64,000 nt of DNA from the human T2T-CHM13v2.0 reference genome, Homo sapiens, in NCBI RefSeq assembly GCF_009914755.1, contig NC_060925.1. One strand, written 5' to 3'. The notes under the pieces are model-generated. The model ran no database searches. It worked only from the letters and a program-made list of their open reading frames with translations, and had not been told where the DNA came from. Positions within the stretch are counted from its first letter, which is position 1; every line of letters starts with the position of its first letter. The translations under genes and the position numbers were made by a program. This document shows positions 30,330 to 43,849 of this stretch, piece after piece.

Positions 30330-31750
30330 TTTTCCTTAAAGTGTAAAAGGCTTTAATGAATTTAAAAAGATAGGAATCATACAGAATATATTCTCCAGGA
30401 ATTAAATATAAAATCAATTACTTCAAAATATCTAAAAATTTCTAAATAGGTAAAAATACACCAACATATTTATAAATAATTGCAAGAGAAATTAGAAAAT
30501 ATTTCAGCATTGAATAGAAATAAAAGCAAAAAATATCAAAATTTGTGTGATGAAGATAAGCAGAGCTTGGGGGAAGTTTGTGACTTTGAATACTTATATT
30601 AAAATAAAGAAAAATTTCACATCAATGATTTTAATTCTCAATATTGGAAGCTAGGAAAAGAAAAATAAATCAAAATAAGTAGAATGAAGGTATTAAAGAA
30701 GATCATAAAGCAATGAAATAGAGAATAGATAAGCAGTAGAGAAAAATAACAAAAAGAAATAGATAAATTAAACTTTTTTTTTTTCTCTTCAACAAACGTC
30801 ACTAAGAAACCGTTGGTAAGTTACTTTCTGGGAGAGAATTTTTTGGTATGTATATCTCAGTACTTTTATATTTAGAATAAACAAAGAAGTACAAAAATTT
30901 TTAAATAAGAAGACAAAAAATACAATGAACAATAAGCCAAAGGTTAAGAAAACACTTCACAAAAGAAGATATATGGATGACTGGTAAGCATATGCAATAT
31001 TTTCAACAAATTTAGTAAATTCAAATCACAGTGAGAGACCACTACATATCCACTGGAATAATCAAAAAGATGAACCGTGTTCAATCAGTATCAAGTGTTG
31101 GCAAAAATGAATTATCGGAACTCATTGTTGAAGGCGGTATAAAATTTTACAACTACTCTATAGAGTTGTTTGGCTGTAGTTTATAAAGTTCAACCTATGC
31201 ATACCATAGGACCAAGAAATTATACAAGTAGTTATTTACCCAAGAGAAAGAAAAACATTTATCCATAAAAAAAAAACCCTTGTATACAAATGTTCATAGA
31301 GGTTTGGGGAAAAAGGAACCCACATGTCAACAAGATAAGCTTTAGTATGGATAAACTAGTATGTTCATATGATGGGTCACTATTTATCTATGAAATAATA
31401 TCAGTTACCAAGATATACAACAACATGGAAGAATCACAAAAACATTCCAAGTGAAAGCAGCCAGATACATAAGATTATCTACTGTAAATTTCATTATATG
31501 AATTACTAAACAAGTACAATTAATTTAAAATGATGGAAATCAAATCAATGTTTGCTTGGAGAGAGGAATAGGAGTCATTTGGATTGAGAGGGGGCATGAA
31601 GGAACTTTTTGGGATGACAGAAATATTCTGTATATGGATTAGGACAATGTTTACACAGCAGATACATTTGTACAATTTGTCAAACGTTAATGTTAATGTA
31701 CATAAATGAAGTTAAAAAATGAAAGTTAATGCATATGAAGTTACTGCATA
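30330..31750 (+). mobile_element. Old L1M (L1MC/L1ME-like) fragments of ORF2 and 3' UTR
   Basis: A-rich L1-like text (cacttcacaaaagaagatatatggatg; tacaaatgttcatag; ggcatgaaggaactttttgggatgacagaaatattctgtat). Confidence 0.65.
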
Positions 31751-32987
31751 TCATGGAAATCAGCAAGAAAAAAATATTGTTTTAAGAAGATAAAAACATT
31801 GTTTTTTGTTTAGTACTTTTTGTAATTCTTGGGTTTGGGTAATTTCAGATGATGACCAGCTTTGTTTAATATCTTATGGCATTTTCACAAACAATGCAAC
31901 ATTATTTTTAAAGACATTTCTATTAACTTGATAAAGCAGATTAGTTTTTAATGAAAATATGTCCTTTGGTTCTAAAATATGTCTAAAGAAAATTTTATAT
32001 TTTGTAAACTTATTTCTTACTCTCTCTTGGTGGCTAATGAGATTTAATTAAGTTTAATTACAAAGTTTATCATAATGACAGAAAAGTATATAATCTTTTT
32101 CATCTCTATACCTCATCCTAATTCTCTCAGGAAAAAATAAAATTGGTTTCTGTTCTAAGGAGTAGGGAGTAGAGGTACAGATGATGATTGAATAAAGCAA
32201 CATCTTCTATATACATTTCTTCGTATATATTTAAATTAAGGGGCTTTCATTATCCTTGGACCAGCAACATAATATAACTACAAATAATTATTTTTTGTTT
32301 CCAGAATCATTTCTGCTTTTAAAAAGTTTGTGCTCTCATAGCTTACTTTTTATTTTTATTTTTAAACTTTCTGTTGGTTGCACAAGATTATCTTATTCTG
32401 AAAGACTTCCTTTTCTTTCTCACCAACCAATCCCACATGCGTAGTGGGTCTGGTATTGGAAACGAACTTCGTAATTTTTCTGGATATACTCAGTGTATAA
32501 GATGTCCTGTTTCCTCTGCTTGTATTCCACAAACTATTTTCCTCATCTTATTTATTGAAGCTAATCTGTCCTTAAGTGGATGAGATCATGTTTATGCTTC
32601 AGAAAGCTCTTTCTGCTCTGACTGGATGTTTGCGCTCTCATTTTAATCTTTACCCTTTACTCTCTCAATGTAGCTCACCCTACAAAATATTTCCCTCCTA
32701 CCTTGGGGGAAAAAAACACCAGATAAGAAAAGATGTTTTTTACTCTGCATATAGCATTTTGTCTAATATAGTATAATTGTGTAATAACTATTCATGGGAC
32801 TAAAGAAAAATTAATGTTGGAAATTTTCTTCCTAAGAAAACAATTATTATGTTACCTATATTGAAATGAATTTCAATATATGGGAATAGTGAGGTCTGGA
32901 AAATTGATACTTTCAAAGAGCATCATGAAAATGACTTTTTGAAACAGGGAACAAATCCATAAAGAAATCTAGCAAGATTTGAGATAG

Positions 32988-33403
32988 CGATGCAGGATTT
33001 TTTGCTCCTTAGTTCAGCTAAAATTCAGGTTCTTTTCACACGACCAGGAAAAATTAGGCAGGCACCCGGAAATATTGAAAGGTAAGAAGAGTGGAATTTA
33101 TTGTTAAGAAAGCTCTCAGCCAACAGAAAGGGGTCCTACCAACAGGCTCCCACCTCCCAGATTGAATACCAGGCTACCACACACAGCTGAAGAGTCCAGG
33201 CTCCTCCCTGCTATACTAGGTGAGAATTCCCCGTGGCTCCACCAACTATCCCAGCGCGCAGGCGGGCCGCCAGTCCTTTGTGGGCGCTCAGAAACAAGGT
33301 CCTAGGCAGGTTCCCTTATCCGCACAAAAGCATCTGATGTAAACACTTGGGCGGATCGGAGATTCTCCGGGGACCTTCGCTTATCTGCCTCCTGCATCTA
33401 TCA
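32988..33403 (-). mobile_element. ERV1 solo LTR (MER61-like)
   Basis: About 416 bp with (c/t)gatgcagg...cctgcatctatca termini and a perfect 4-bp TSD ATAG (32984-32987, 33404-33407). Reverse poly(A) signal tttatt near 33097. Confidence 0.8.
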
Positions 33404-36400
33404 ATAGGATGACCCTAGGAAAGAGAAATTTGTATTTCCTCCATAAACACAATGAAAAGTTTTGTAAAATGGATGAATGGTATTTTTTGCTTTTGGTTGT
33501 GTCATTTACGAGTTTGAAGAACTAACTAAAATATCTGCTTTTTTCTTTAGAGCTCGAGCAAAGAGAGATAGGAACTTCATCCCTCAGTGGACTCAATTTC
33601 GGCATGACATCAGAATCAGAGTAACATTTCATTAAAAAGAAGAAAAGAGGTAGGAGACTCTAACAACAAAACAGGTCATAGCGTTCCTTTATATTCGAAC
33701 AACAAAAAAACGCTTTTGAAATGTTGTTGTTTTCTTCTTTATTTTCATAGGAATATAGAAATCTCCTTTTTGGTTAAAGCTCATTTTGTAGACTTGGTAG
33801 AAAATCTGGACCTATTAATTTCAATAGCTCTGGTCATTGGGGTTCTAATTATAACCAGTTAAAAACAAGCATATATCTGTTTTATTTATTTATTTATTTT
33901 TTCCTGCTGGATGCTACAGATGGATTGTGCCTCTGGCAGTTTATAACTCTCTTTTAAGAAAATACTTTTCAGTATCATTTATAGCAATCAGAATAGATAT
34001 TCTTTAGCAGAATGGATAATCTGTATTTATGCTTGAATTAGACAATGATTATGTGTGTTTTCATTATTGCTCTTGCTCCATGTCCTGGTGAGATTACTGA
34101 AAGAAGGTTCGTTTCACCAAGTAGGAGAGCATGACATCACTGATCAGTGGAAACATCTGACTTCCGGCTGACTGTCACAACCTCTCTGGGGAATTCTGAC
34201 ATGTTTCCAGGGACATTCAAAGCCCTCCTTTGTGTGCAATCAGCCAACCTGTAAACTTCCATGTGGAGGAACTGCACCATTAAACCATATAATATGAGAA
34301 GCAAACATGATTAAACTAGAATAAGGCTAAGATATGTAGTCCACAACCTGCCTCACATCCTGAAGGTGGCACACCAGGTCATGTAAAAATTGGGAAATCT
34401 GTGAAAAAATTTTCAGCATAGTGTTCTTTCTCATTATATTTTACAATACTAGTAATACTCATTATCTTCACTATATTAACTAATATCAGTTGAATGTTCA
34501 CTATGGGCCAAGCACTATACTAAGCACTTTCTACGAATTATCTTAAGTAATACTGGCAAGAATGCTGTGTCAGCTTCCCATAAGGCTTAAAGTTATTATT
34601 TCTCTCTCCTAGTCTGCACCTCATTTCATCATCCCTAAGAAAAGCTTCCAGTCAGGGTGAGGTACAAGATGAACACTTGTTCCCTCCTGGATTGCAGTCA
34701 TAGTGATTATCACCATGGCTGAATTCTCCTGTGGAACAGTGCTCATGCATGCATCTCTTTCACAGAAATGGAAAAGTAAACTCAAGGGAATTGAGTTTAC
34801 CACCAACTAGTGTATGACCTCTTTCTTAACCTTTTTCACACTCCTACTTCCTTACCTGTAAAGGGAAATACTATTTTTTATCTTATAGGCCTAAACTTTT
34901 ATATATTAGGAATTGAGGAATGCAAGTTAGTGCCTTCAGCTCAGAACATTTCTTCCATTACCCAAATAAAAACATAATAAAAGAATAATTTTTGTTTAAA
35001 AATATTTTCCTTTGCAAAATCTTCTAATAAACACATATTACCATATTTATTTGCCCTCAGATAATTATGAGACTTTAATTTATAACTCTCTGTGAACACA
35101 GAGTTTCCTGGGGGTGATAGCATTAGAGAGGCAGATAGAAGAACCAAAAAAGGCTCAAGTAGTACTGAAGAGGGAAAATACACACACACACACACATTTT
35201 ATCTATGTCAAAAAACATTGGTGCAATGTCTATAGCACAACTTTCTGGGTTATCTGATCCTAATTATATGGTAGCTATTTTATAACTCTGAAAGTTATAG
35301 ATGGCTGATAGCAATGCAAAATAATGTGTGTATGTATATATGTAAATGAATACTGGCTGGTGGAGAGAAGAAACCCTCACCCCAGGAACTACCATCTTTG
35401 TCTCCATTTGTACACTCATTTTAGTACTCCTGTCTATAAGTGTGTCTGTCCTTGGAGTCTCCTTTGAACTGGTTATAACACCTCACCAGTTGCCTCATTA
35501 GTGAGTTATTTAAATATCTTTAACATATGATTATTTTTATATCTGTAAGAAAGTCATGACTTTTACCTTGTTTGAAAATTTTCTTTTTAACACTCAAGTC
35601 TCAGTTCTGGTTTTATCTATCTTTGGACATGTTCGATGCACACATCTTTAATGAGCTGAGCCTCTACATGAGCTTGCACATGCCAAGCACTGTGGTAGAC
35701 AATAGAAACAGCAAACACACTATCCTACACAGAGAAAGAAAAATGGCTGACTCAGAAAAATAATTCCTGTTTCCTGTAAGCCTCTCAGCCTCTTTTGTTC
35801 TTTCTTCTTTGCTTGCTTTCTTTCTGTCTTATGAAGTAAAACAAATGAGATGATTATTTCATTACGATGAATGATACGAGCATAGGTAAATTGCCTCCAT
35901 TTATAATAAAATTGATAAAGTATTTAAGCTAAAAAGATTATTTTTCAATGCTACAAAGATTAAATATCAGTCCTTATCAAAAAGGGAGAAAAGTGACACA
36001 CCACTTTGTTCTGATCGAGATTTTTACTCTAAAAATCTCAAAAAGAATTCCAAGGGGACAGAGTGGAGTGATTTGGTGACTTATTCTATGTAGGCAGGAA
36101 GAGAGTAAGAATCTGAAAGTAACTGTGGTACAAGACTGCCAATAATTGGTTCACTCACCATTGCCTGGGCTGACAGGTGAATTAAACTGAAAGATATGCC
36201 TGCCAGGTATTTGGAAGACTTTCTTCTTCTCACCCCATTATATGCTTTGAACTTTATGTTGTGTCATTGTGATAAAATAAAGACTCGCAGAGTAAAAAGC
36301 TAGCCTTTAGCTCGACAATTTAAACCATTTCTTACTTTACTGTAACACTCTATGTATTTTCTAACTATAAAGAGGGATAAAAACCATCACAGGGTGGACA

Positions 36401-37195
36401 CATTCAATAATTTCTATTAAAAGTGGACATGACCCATTACTTTCACTGTGGCCTTTATTTTTCTGCATCTAGAGATTTAATTTTACGGGAATTGTAGAAT
36501 AACTATGGTGCCATTATACATATAAAACTCAAGTATGAAAGCTATGGCTACAAAAGCAAAGTGTAAAATTTGATACTATTATCTGAATGTTTTCACTCCA
36601 TTTATTCACACTTTCTCACTGGTATAATTAATCAAATTCAAAAAATATTTATCAAACATTTGACTCTGAGGGTATGGCAATAAATAAAAGACACATAGTC
36701 TTTGCATTCATTATTTTACACTGTAATTGAGGATTTAAGTTTAAATCTAAATATAATAGTTTTTAAGTTAAAAATAAATTTGAAATAGGCAAACAAAATT
36801 CATATATATGAATACTTACTTAAACAAAATTCTGACAGTAGGTCAGTGTTCTGCAGATAATTAAGATAAGGTGATGTTTAAAAAGTTATTGTTGTATATT
36901 ACACCAAGCAGGAAAGGTCTCTTCAGGAGAGTCTTTCATTTAAGCTGTGATGAAAATGACAGAAAAGGACACAGTCCAGCAAACTGAGACGAAAGCTTCC
37001 CCCAAGCAAAGAGACAGCTAGGTAAAAGATAATTGAAATATGTTCAATATATTGTTCAAACTAATTATATGTTTAATATATTTTTAGATCTATATATAAA
37101 AAATTGAGAACGCTACCTCCTACTCAGAATGACTACTAACAATAAAAAAGAAAATAATGTGTTGAAAAGAATAGAAAGAGGTTTGAACCTTTGTA

Positions 37196-37780
37196 CAGTA
37201 AGTCTTCACTTACCATCCTAGATTGTTCTTGGAAACTGCGACTTGACACAAAACGAGATAATGAAACCAATTTTACCATGGGCTAACAGATATAAACAAG
37301 GGGTGACTTTCCTACAGCATATTTCTGGTCACAGAAACATCACGAAACTTCTAAATAAAGCCCCCAAACACTTCTCATATTAAACACTGGAATAAATGTG
37401 GCCTATACATACATTTAAGACATTAGTACAAACAAGTAAGGTCATTATTTACCCATTTATTTCAGTTCAGTGTCGTGGGTTCAGTTCAGTATCATGAGTC
37501 CCCAAGGCTCAGAGACCAAGGCAGGAGCGCGCCCTCGACAGGAGGCCATTGCGTGGTAGGGTGCACTCTCACACACACCCACACTCACTCACACTGGGAC
37601 GACGTAGACACCCCAGTGAACCTAATGTTCATAGCTTTGGGATGTGAGAGGAACCCAGAGTACGTGGAAAAAACCCATGCAGACATGGAGGGAACGTGCA
37701 AACTCCACATGGCCCTGGCAAGGAATAGATTTTTTTATTCTCATCTACATTATAATAAAACGACACTGGACGAAATGCCG
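37196..37780 (-). mobile_element. MER6A-like Tigger DNA transposon carrying a V-SINE-like segment
   Basis: TA|cagtaagtcttcactt left end. Internal ctttgggatgtgagaggaacccagagtacgtggaaaaaacccatgcagacatggagggaacgtgcaaactccaca. Right TIR truncated. Confidence 0.85.
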
Positions 37781-38850
37781 AGATTGATCACACTACAAAG
37801 GGACTATCTTAGCACTGTGGAACTGTGCATTTAAAAAATAGGTAAGATGGTAAATTTTATGCCATGTATATTTTACTACAATTTAAAATATATGGAAATG
37901 TCTAAAAGAGCCGTTTTTTAAGAGAAGAACATGCTATTTAATATGTACCCATTTTTTGTTTTTTCAGCTTTTAATTTAGAGAGAAACAGCTAACACAAGA
38001 GTCTTAGGAGACACAGCAATGAAAAGGGAGCCATTCCCGAGAAGCTGCCTTATCACAAGGTGGATAGGGAGAACAATGTTCAGGGTCTATGTATCCGTTC
38101 TCCTTCCCAAGAATGTCCACTACCTGAAGGCAAAGCTCTGGTTTGATTTATTCACTGTTGTTTTCCAACACCTAGCACAGAACCTGACAAATCATAGACA
38201 CTCACGAAATATTTGTTCAGTTAATTAGTTTGTTAATAAAGAGAAGATACTGCCATTGGCTCAAATAGTAATCTGTTCACCTTTTTTACTTTTTCCATTT
38301 TGAGGAATATAGCTCAGGGTTATATATATATATAAAATGCACACAAATCAAAGGGACAAGACTTTTTTCTTTGTTTTCTTTATCTTTTTTATCTATGAGG
38401 AGGGAGGAAAAGTGATCATAGAGGGCTAGATGATGATAACAAGTTAGATCAAAATGTCAAAGTGTTTTAAAAAGTGGTAAGCAATAGTACTAAGAACTCA
38501 AATGAAGATAACGTCTAGAGAAAATAAATAAAGTTTAATGTTGGAACTTTTCAGCTGAGAGTATGCAGAACTTTAAGAGGACTTCTCATTGTCTAAGACT
38601 CAGCATTGAGGCCACTCCCTATTTCAGAGCTGACAGTAAGGACTCAGATTTGGAAACCTGGAGCCTCAGCACTGAAGAGAAGAGGGTGTGGGGAAGAAGA
38701 ATGGTGGATATTAACCCTGAGGATTTTTTGAAAACTGGGATATTTCGATAGTAGCAGATATTTAGTTAGAGATAACTGATACTTCATTGAAGAACAACAA
38801 GGAAGGCTCCATTTGGTACAAAAATACAACATTTCCCTAATCTGGATTAA

Positions 38851-39159
<309 letters not shown>

Positions 39160-39286
39160 TAGCATGACCACAATGCTTTAATTCCCATTTGTAGACAGGT
39201 AGATTATTTCCACATTCATCTGTAGCAAAAATATTAGATTAAAATATTTGTAATAATACTTGCGGCATAAAACTATACTGCATATA

Positions 39287-39739
39287 GCACAATTTATAAT
39301 TGATAAGATGCGGAACCAACTAAAGTGCCCATCAACCAACGAGTGACTAAAGAAACTGTGGTATGTATACATCATGGGATACTACTCAGCCATTAAAAAA
39401 AACCAAAGTAATGTATTTTGCAGCAACTTGGGTGGAGCTGGAGACCTTAAGTGAAGTAACTCAGGAATGGAAAACCAAATATTTATGTTCTCACTTATAA
39501 GTGGGAGCTAAGCTATGAGGATTCAAAGGAATAAGACTAATATAATGGGCTTTGGGGACTCAGAGATAAAGGTTGGCAAGTGTGTGAGGGATAAAGGACA
39601 ACATACTGGGTATAGGGTATACTGCTTGGGTGATGAGTGCACCAAAATCTCAGAAATCATCACTAAAGGACTTATTCATGTAACCAAACATCATCTGTTC
39701 CACAAAAGCTACTGAAATAAAAATAAAAAATAAAAAATA
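39287..39739 (+). mobile_element. 5'-truncated L1PB (about L1PB2) 3' end
   Basis: gttctcacttataagtgggagctaagctatgagg...gcaccaaaatctcagaaatcatcactaaag...actgaaataaaa. TSD TATACTGCATATA at 39274-39286 and 39740-39752. Confidence 0.88.
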
Positions 39740-40261
39740 TATACTGCATATATTATTAATATTATATATTATATACCTACCAATATATGAAGTATAGTTG
39801 TGAATGTATGTTGTATGGCTATATGTTACATATATATTTACAAATGTGCATATATACATATGTACATATATACGCCTATGTATATCTATCATCTACCTAT
39901 TTCCAACAGTGTTGTACTGTGAAAATATACTAGGTGCCATGTACTATGGAAAGAGGAATGAAATAATAAATAAACAGACATGGAATTGACATTTTAGTGG
40001 TTTCAAAAGTCAGTAAACAGGTTTATGCTTAAATAATATGCCTGCATTAAGTGCTATAAAGAAAAAAAAAGTGCAGTAAGAAAAAGAAAATTGAGGATGG
40101 TACTATTTTTAGATAAAGACATTTTTAAATAAAATTTATTTAAGATAAATCTTGATAAATTCTGTCAAATTTTTCTTAATAATGCTCTAGTTTAATGTCT
40201 TCTCATTGTCACTGAAGTTCTTTAATATTACTATGAGCTGTCCAAATATAAACTCCGGCCG

Positions 40262-40430
40262 TCTTTCCCTTCCTTTCTTCCTTCCTTCCTTCCTTCCTTC
40301 CTTCCTTCCTTCCTTCCTTCCTTCCTTCCTTCCCTCCTTCCTCCTTCACTCTCTCTCTCCCTTCCTCCCTCCCTTCTTCCTTCCCTTCCTTCCTTCCTTT
40401 TTTCTTTCTTACTTTTCTTTTTTTTTGCTT
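40262..40430. repeat. (CCTT)n microsatellite and polypyrimidine tract
   Basis: Run of ccttccttcctt... degenerating into a C/T-rich tract. Confidence 0.97.
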
Positions 40431-41729
40431 CCCCATTATAGTCTCTCTTTTTTCACCTTAATGATGCATTCCAAAAAATTAGTAGATAAGCTAGATATAA
40501 ATTTGGATTGTAAACTTGTATTTATTGGGCTTTCTCTGAAGTCATCCAATGAGACCTGAGAAGAGATATGCTTTGCTTTTACTGTATATCCCTGGTTCCT
40601 GGGTACTACCTATCAAAGAAGGCTTTATGGTAATTTCCTTAGCATGGACTGTTGTGTATGTCATTGTATGTGTGTATTCTGGAAAACTTAGACTCCGAAC
40701 TCATATGAAGACAGAGTTGATATTACAGATTTGCAAACAAATCATTTTTTTTTCCTACTCAGAGCAAAGGCTAAAACAGATTAGGTTCCTTGTTATCTCT
40801 TTTGCTGGACTGCTTAGTTCTTCTGCACATCTGTCTCTGATGGTGTAGTCATTAGACTATTTGAAATTCATGCTTGAATCTGTTCCATATCTAAACTGCA
40901 GGAGCCAAAGCTTACATCCTTTCCTCATGTCTAATTCAATTCTAGCTCTGGATTGGCAGGATTAGTTCAGCCATAGCATCAATGATGGTATTACTTTGTT
41001 TTGATCTCCCTTTTTGGTTTCGACCTTTTGTTTTCATATGAGCTCAGCTATACACTTAAGACATATCACCATTATTAGAGATTTTGTATTAGGATGGTTT
41101 TCAGGATATCTAGTCTGATAATATTTGTAAGAATTGAAGTGCTAGACACTTTTCAGTATATTATAAATTTTCAAAAATAGAAATAAAGTGTTGTTAGCTA
41201 TGCCCATTTGTTTTACCTAAAAAATACAGTGCTTTGAAATGAAAGGCTAATTTATACTAACAAGGTATCTAGACTGTCTGTTTTATTGACAGAAAGAAAA
41301 GACAAAACTGCTAATACTAAACTGTAAAATCAGCTGAGGAACTGTGGTCCTATTTACTATTCTTATCTATTTCTCCTCGATTTTATGGTACAAAAGTCAA
41401 CCAGTCTCTCATATTTTTTCAACAAATTCAGGTACATGTAAGAGATTTCAAATATAGCTTAACTAGTGTCTCATCCAGGAAAGTCAACGTTGATATGAAA
41501 TTCTGATTCTGCAAACAAGGATCTACCTCTGTTGGGAATACAGGAGATTTCTGGATGACACCATCTGCTCAAGTTTTTCAGTGGGGACCAATGTGCCAGG
41601 AAAGGACACAGAAATGTAGCTTCTGTGTGTTTGTGTGTGTGTTTGTGTGTGAGATTGCATCTCTGGAAAATCAGAGTCATAACTAAATTAACTCTTTCAA
41701 AATGTTCTTATCCTATCAATCACATATTT

Positions 41730-42235
41730 AAAATCCTCTGATGTCTTTTCACAGAAATTAGAATAAATCCCAAATTTCTCACATGGTCTGGCTCCTGTCT
41801 GCCTCATCAAGTTCATTTCTTATCATTGTGTCCCTCATTTACTAGTCTCCAGCCACATTAAAAACACATCAGGGATTTTGCCATTGTAGTTCTGTTTTCC
41901 TGGAATGGTCTTTTTTCAGATCTTCACGTGGCTACCCACATCTCAACACCGAGTTTCAGTTCAGTTGTTGCCTCTTCAAAAACTCCCTCCAAGGTTACGC
42001 TATCTAAAATACAGACAGAATATTTCCAGCTCCACTCATGGGTTTTGGTGGGGTTTATTATTTATTTATATGCTGGCAAATTTTATATATGACCCTCTTT
42101 AGAGGATTTAAGTTCTGTGAAGTCAAGAACTTTGTCTTTCTTTTTTTTTTTCAACTCTGTATTTTCAATTCCTAGAATGTTATCTATCACATAGCAGATG
42201 TCCAATAAATATTTGCTGAATAAATAAGTGAGTGG
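41730..42235 (+). mobile_element. L2 3' remnant
   Basis: ttagaataaatcccaaatttctcacatgg...; ends caataaatatttgctgaataaataagtgagtggatg. Confidence 0.65.
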
Positions 42236-42312
42236 ATGTTCCGGAGACATTATCCCAAGTGTTTCTGATACCCTTTTAGTGCAAAGCCTGCTGAGGTCAG
42301 GAAGAATTACTA

Positions 42313-42624
42313 GCTTTTTTTTCTTTCTCTTTTTCTTTTTTTTTGAGACGGAGTCTCGCTCTTTCGCTCAGGCTGGAGTGCAATAGCATGATCTGGGCTC
42401 ATAGCAACCTCCACCTCCCTGGTTCAAGCAGTTCTCTGCCTCAGCCTCCCGAGTAGCTGGGATTACACGCACCTGCCAGTACGCCCAGCTAATTTTTTGT
42501 ATTTTTAGTAGAGATCGGGTTTCACTATCTTGGCCAGGCTGGTCTTAAACTCCTGACCTCATGATCCACCTGCCTTGGCCTCCCAAAGTGCTGGGATCAC
42601 AGGCGTAAGCCACCACACCTGGCC
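42313..42624 (-). mobile_element. Alu SINE, AluSg-group (AluSg7-like)
   Basis: Full dimer with variants 'ttctctgcctc' and 'atcttggccagg'. TSD AAGAATTACTA at 42302-42312 and 42625-42635. Confidence 0.95.
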
Positions 42625-42719
42625 AAGAATTACTATTTATAGATCCCCTGCATGGTTCTACTTTCACATCTTTTATTTACTAGAAAAAAATTATTTTCTC
42701 TTATTTTTTATTTCTTTAT

Positions 42720-42982
42720 TATTATTATTAATTTTTTTTTAGAAAGGGTCTTGTTCTTTCACCCAGCCTGGAGTACAGTGGTGCAACTTCTCTGGCTCAG
42801 ACAATCTTCCCACCTCAGCCTCCGAGCAGTTGGGACTACAAAATATTAAAAAATACATACAAATTAGCTGTGCATGATCTTACTATGTTGCTCAGGCTAG
42901 TCTTGAACTCCTGGGCTCAAGGGATTCTCCTGCCTTGGACCCCAAAGTTCTAGGATTACAGGTGTGAATCACTACCTGTGGC
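42720..42982 (-). mobile_element. Degenerate AluJ with internal deletion and inverted central linker
   Basis: cccagcctggagtacagtggtgc...gggactaca [aaatattaaaaaatacatacaaattagctgtgcatg] ...tatgttgctcaggctagtcttgaactcctgggctcaag. Confidence 0.85.
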
Positions 42983-43619
42983 ACCTTACTTTTTAATGCA
43001 TATGTTCTATCTTATAAGCTGGAGAATTTTAGAACCTGTTTCATCCAAAGAAGTTAATCTAATTTCTTTGCAGCCATTCAGGCAGAGCCAAAAGGTGAAT
43101 AAGATAGTCCAGTTGGAGCAATATGCAAATGCCCATTGATTAAGTTGTACAACTATACGTGTAAGAGATCTAGAGCCTTTAGAAATAGCCTTGGAGAGTA
43201 TGGAATACAGATTTAGTGTTCACTATTACAAGAACTCTCTGTATATGTGCCTGTGGGTCTCCATGGAAGTGATGGTTGAATGAAAGTTTTCCCAGCCTAA
43301 TTATGAAAAGGTGAAAAATCAAAAGCAGAAGAACATATAGAGCTAAAGCATAAAGCAGGGAATCAAGTATAAGAAGTATCAAGGAAGGGTCTGTGGGCTC
43401 ATTGTTTTGAGAGGACTGTCGATAGAGAAGGCAACCAGCAAAACTGAATGAATATACGGTTTGCAACTGACAGTGTTTTGAGTTCCATGGCTTTGAATGA
43501 GCTCAATAAGGAGCCTTCAACTTTGCAGCATAATGAATTAAAGAAAAAAACACCAGAAGGAGATGTGACTGGAGTCTTCCATGGTCACTGTTAGTTAGCA
43601 TTAGGCTTATCCTTTAGTC

Positions 43620-43849
43620 CAGTGATTCTCAACTGGGGTCAATTTTGGCCCCCTGAGGGGTAGAAGGTCTTTCTGGTAATGTCTGGAGGGTTTCTTTGAT
43701 TGTCACAACTCAGAGGTGCTTCTGGTACTGGGAAGGTGGGGGCCAGAGGTGCTGCTAAAGATCCTACAATGCACAGGTCACAGCCCTTTACAACAAATAA
43801 TTATGCAGCCCACAGTGTCAATAATATTAGCTGAAGTTGAGAACCCCTA
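43620..43849 (+). mobile_element. MER20 (hAT-Charlie) DNA transposon
   Basis: cagtgattctcaactggggtcaattttggcccc...aatgtctggag...gctgctaaagatcctacaatgcacagg...gttgagaaccc. Confidence 0.88.

Noticed and set aside
40206-40559. ORFs with LPSF/EGRK repeats
   Set aside because: They are translations of the (CCTT)n microsatellite.
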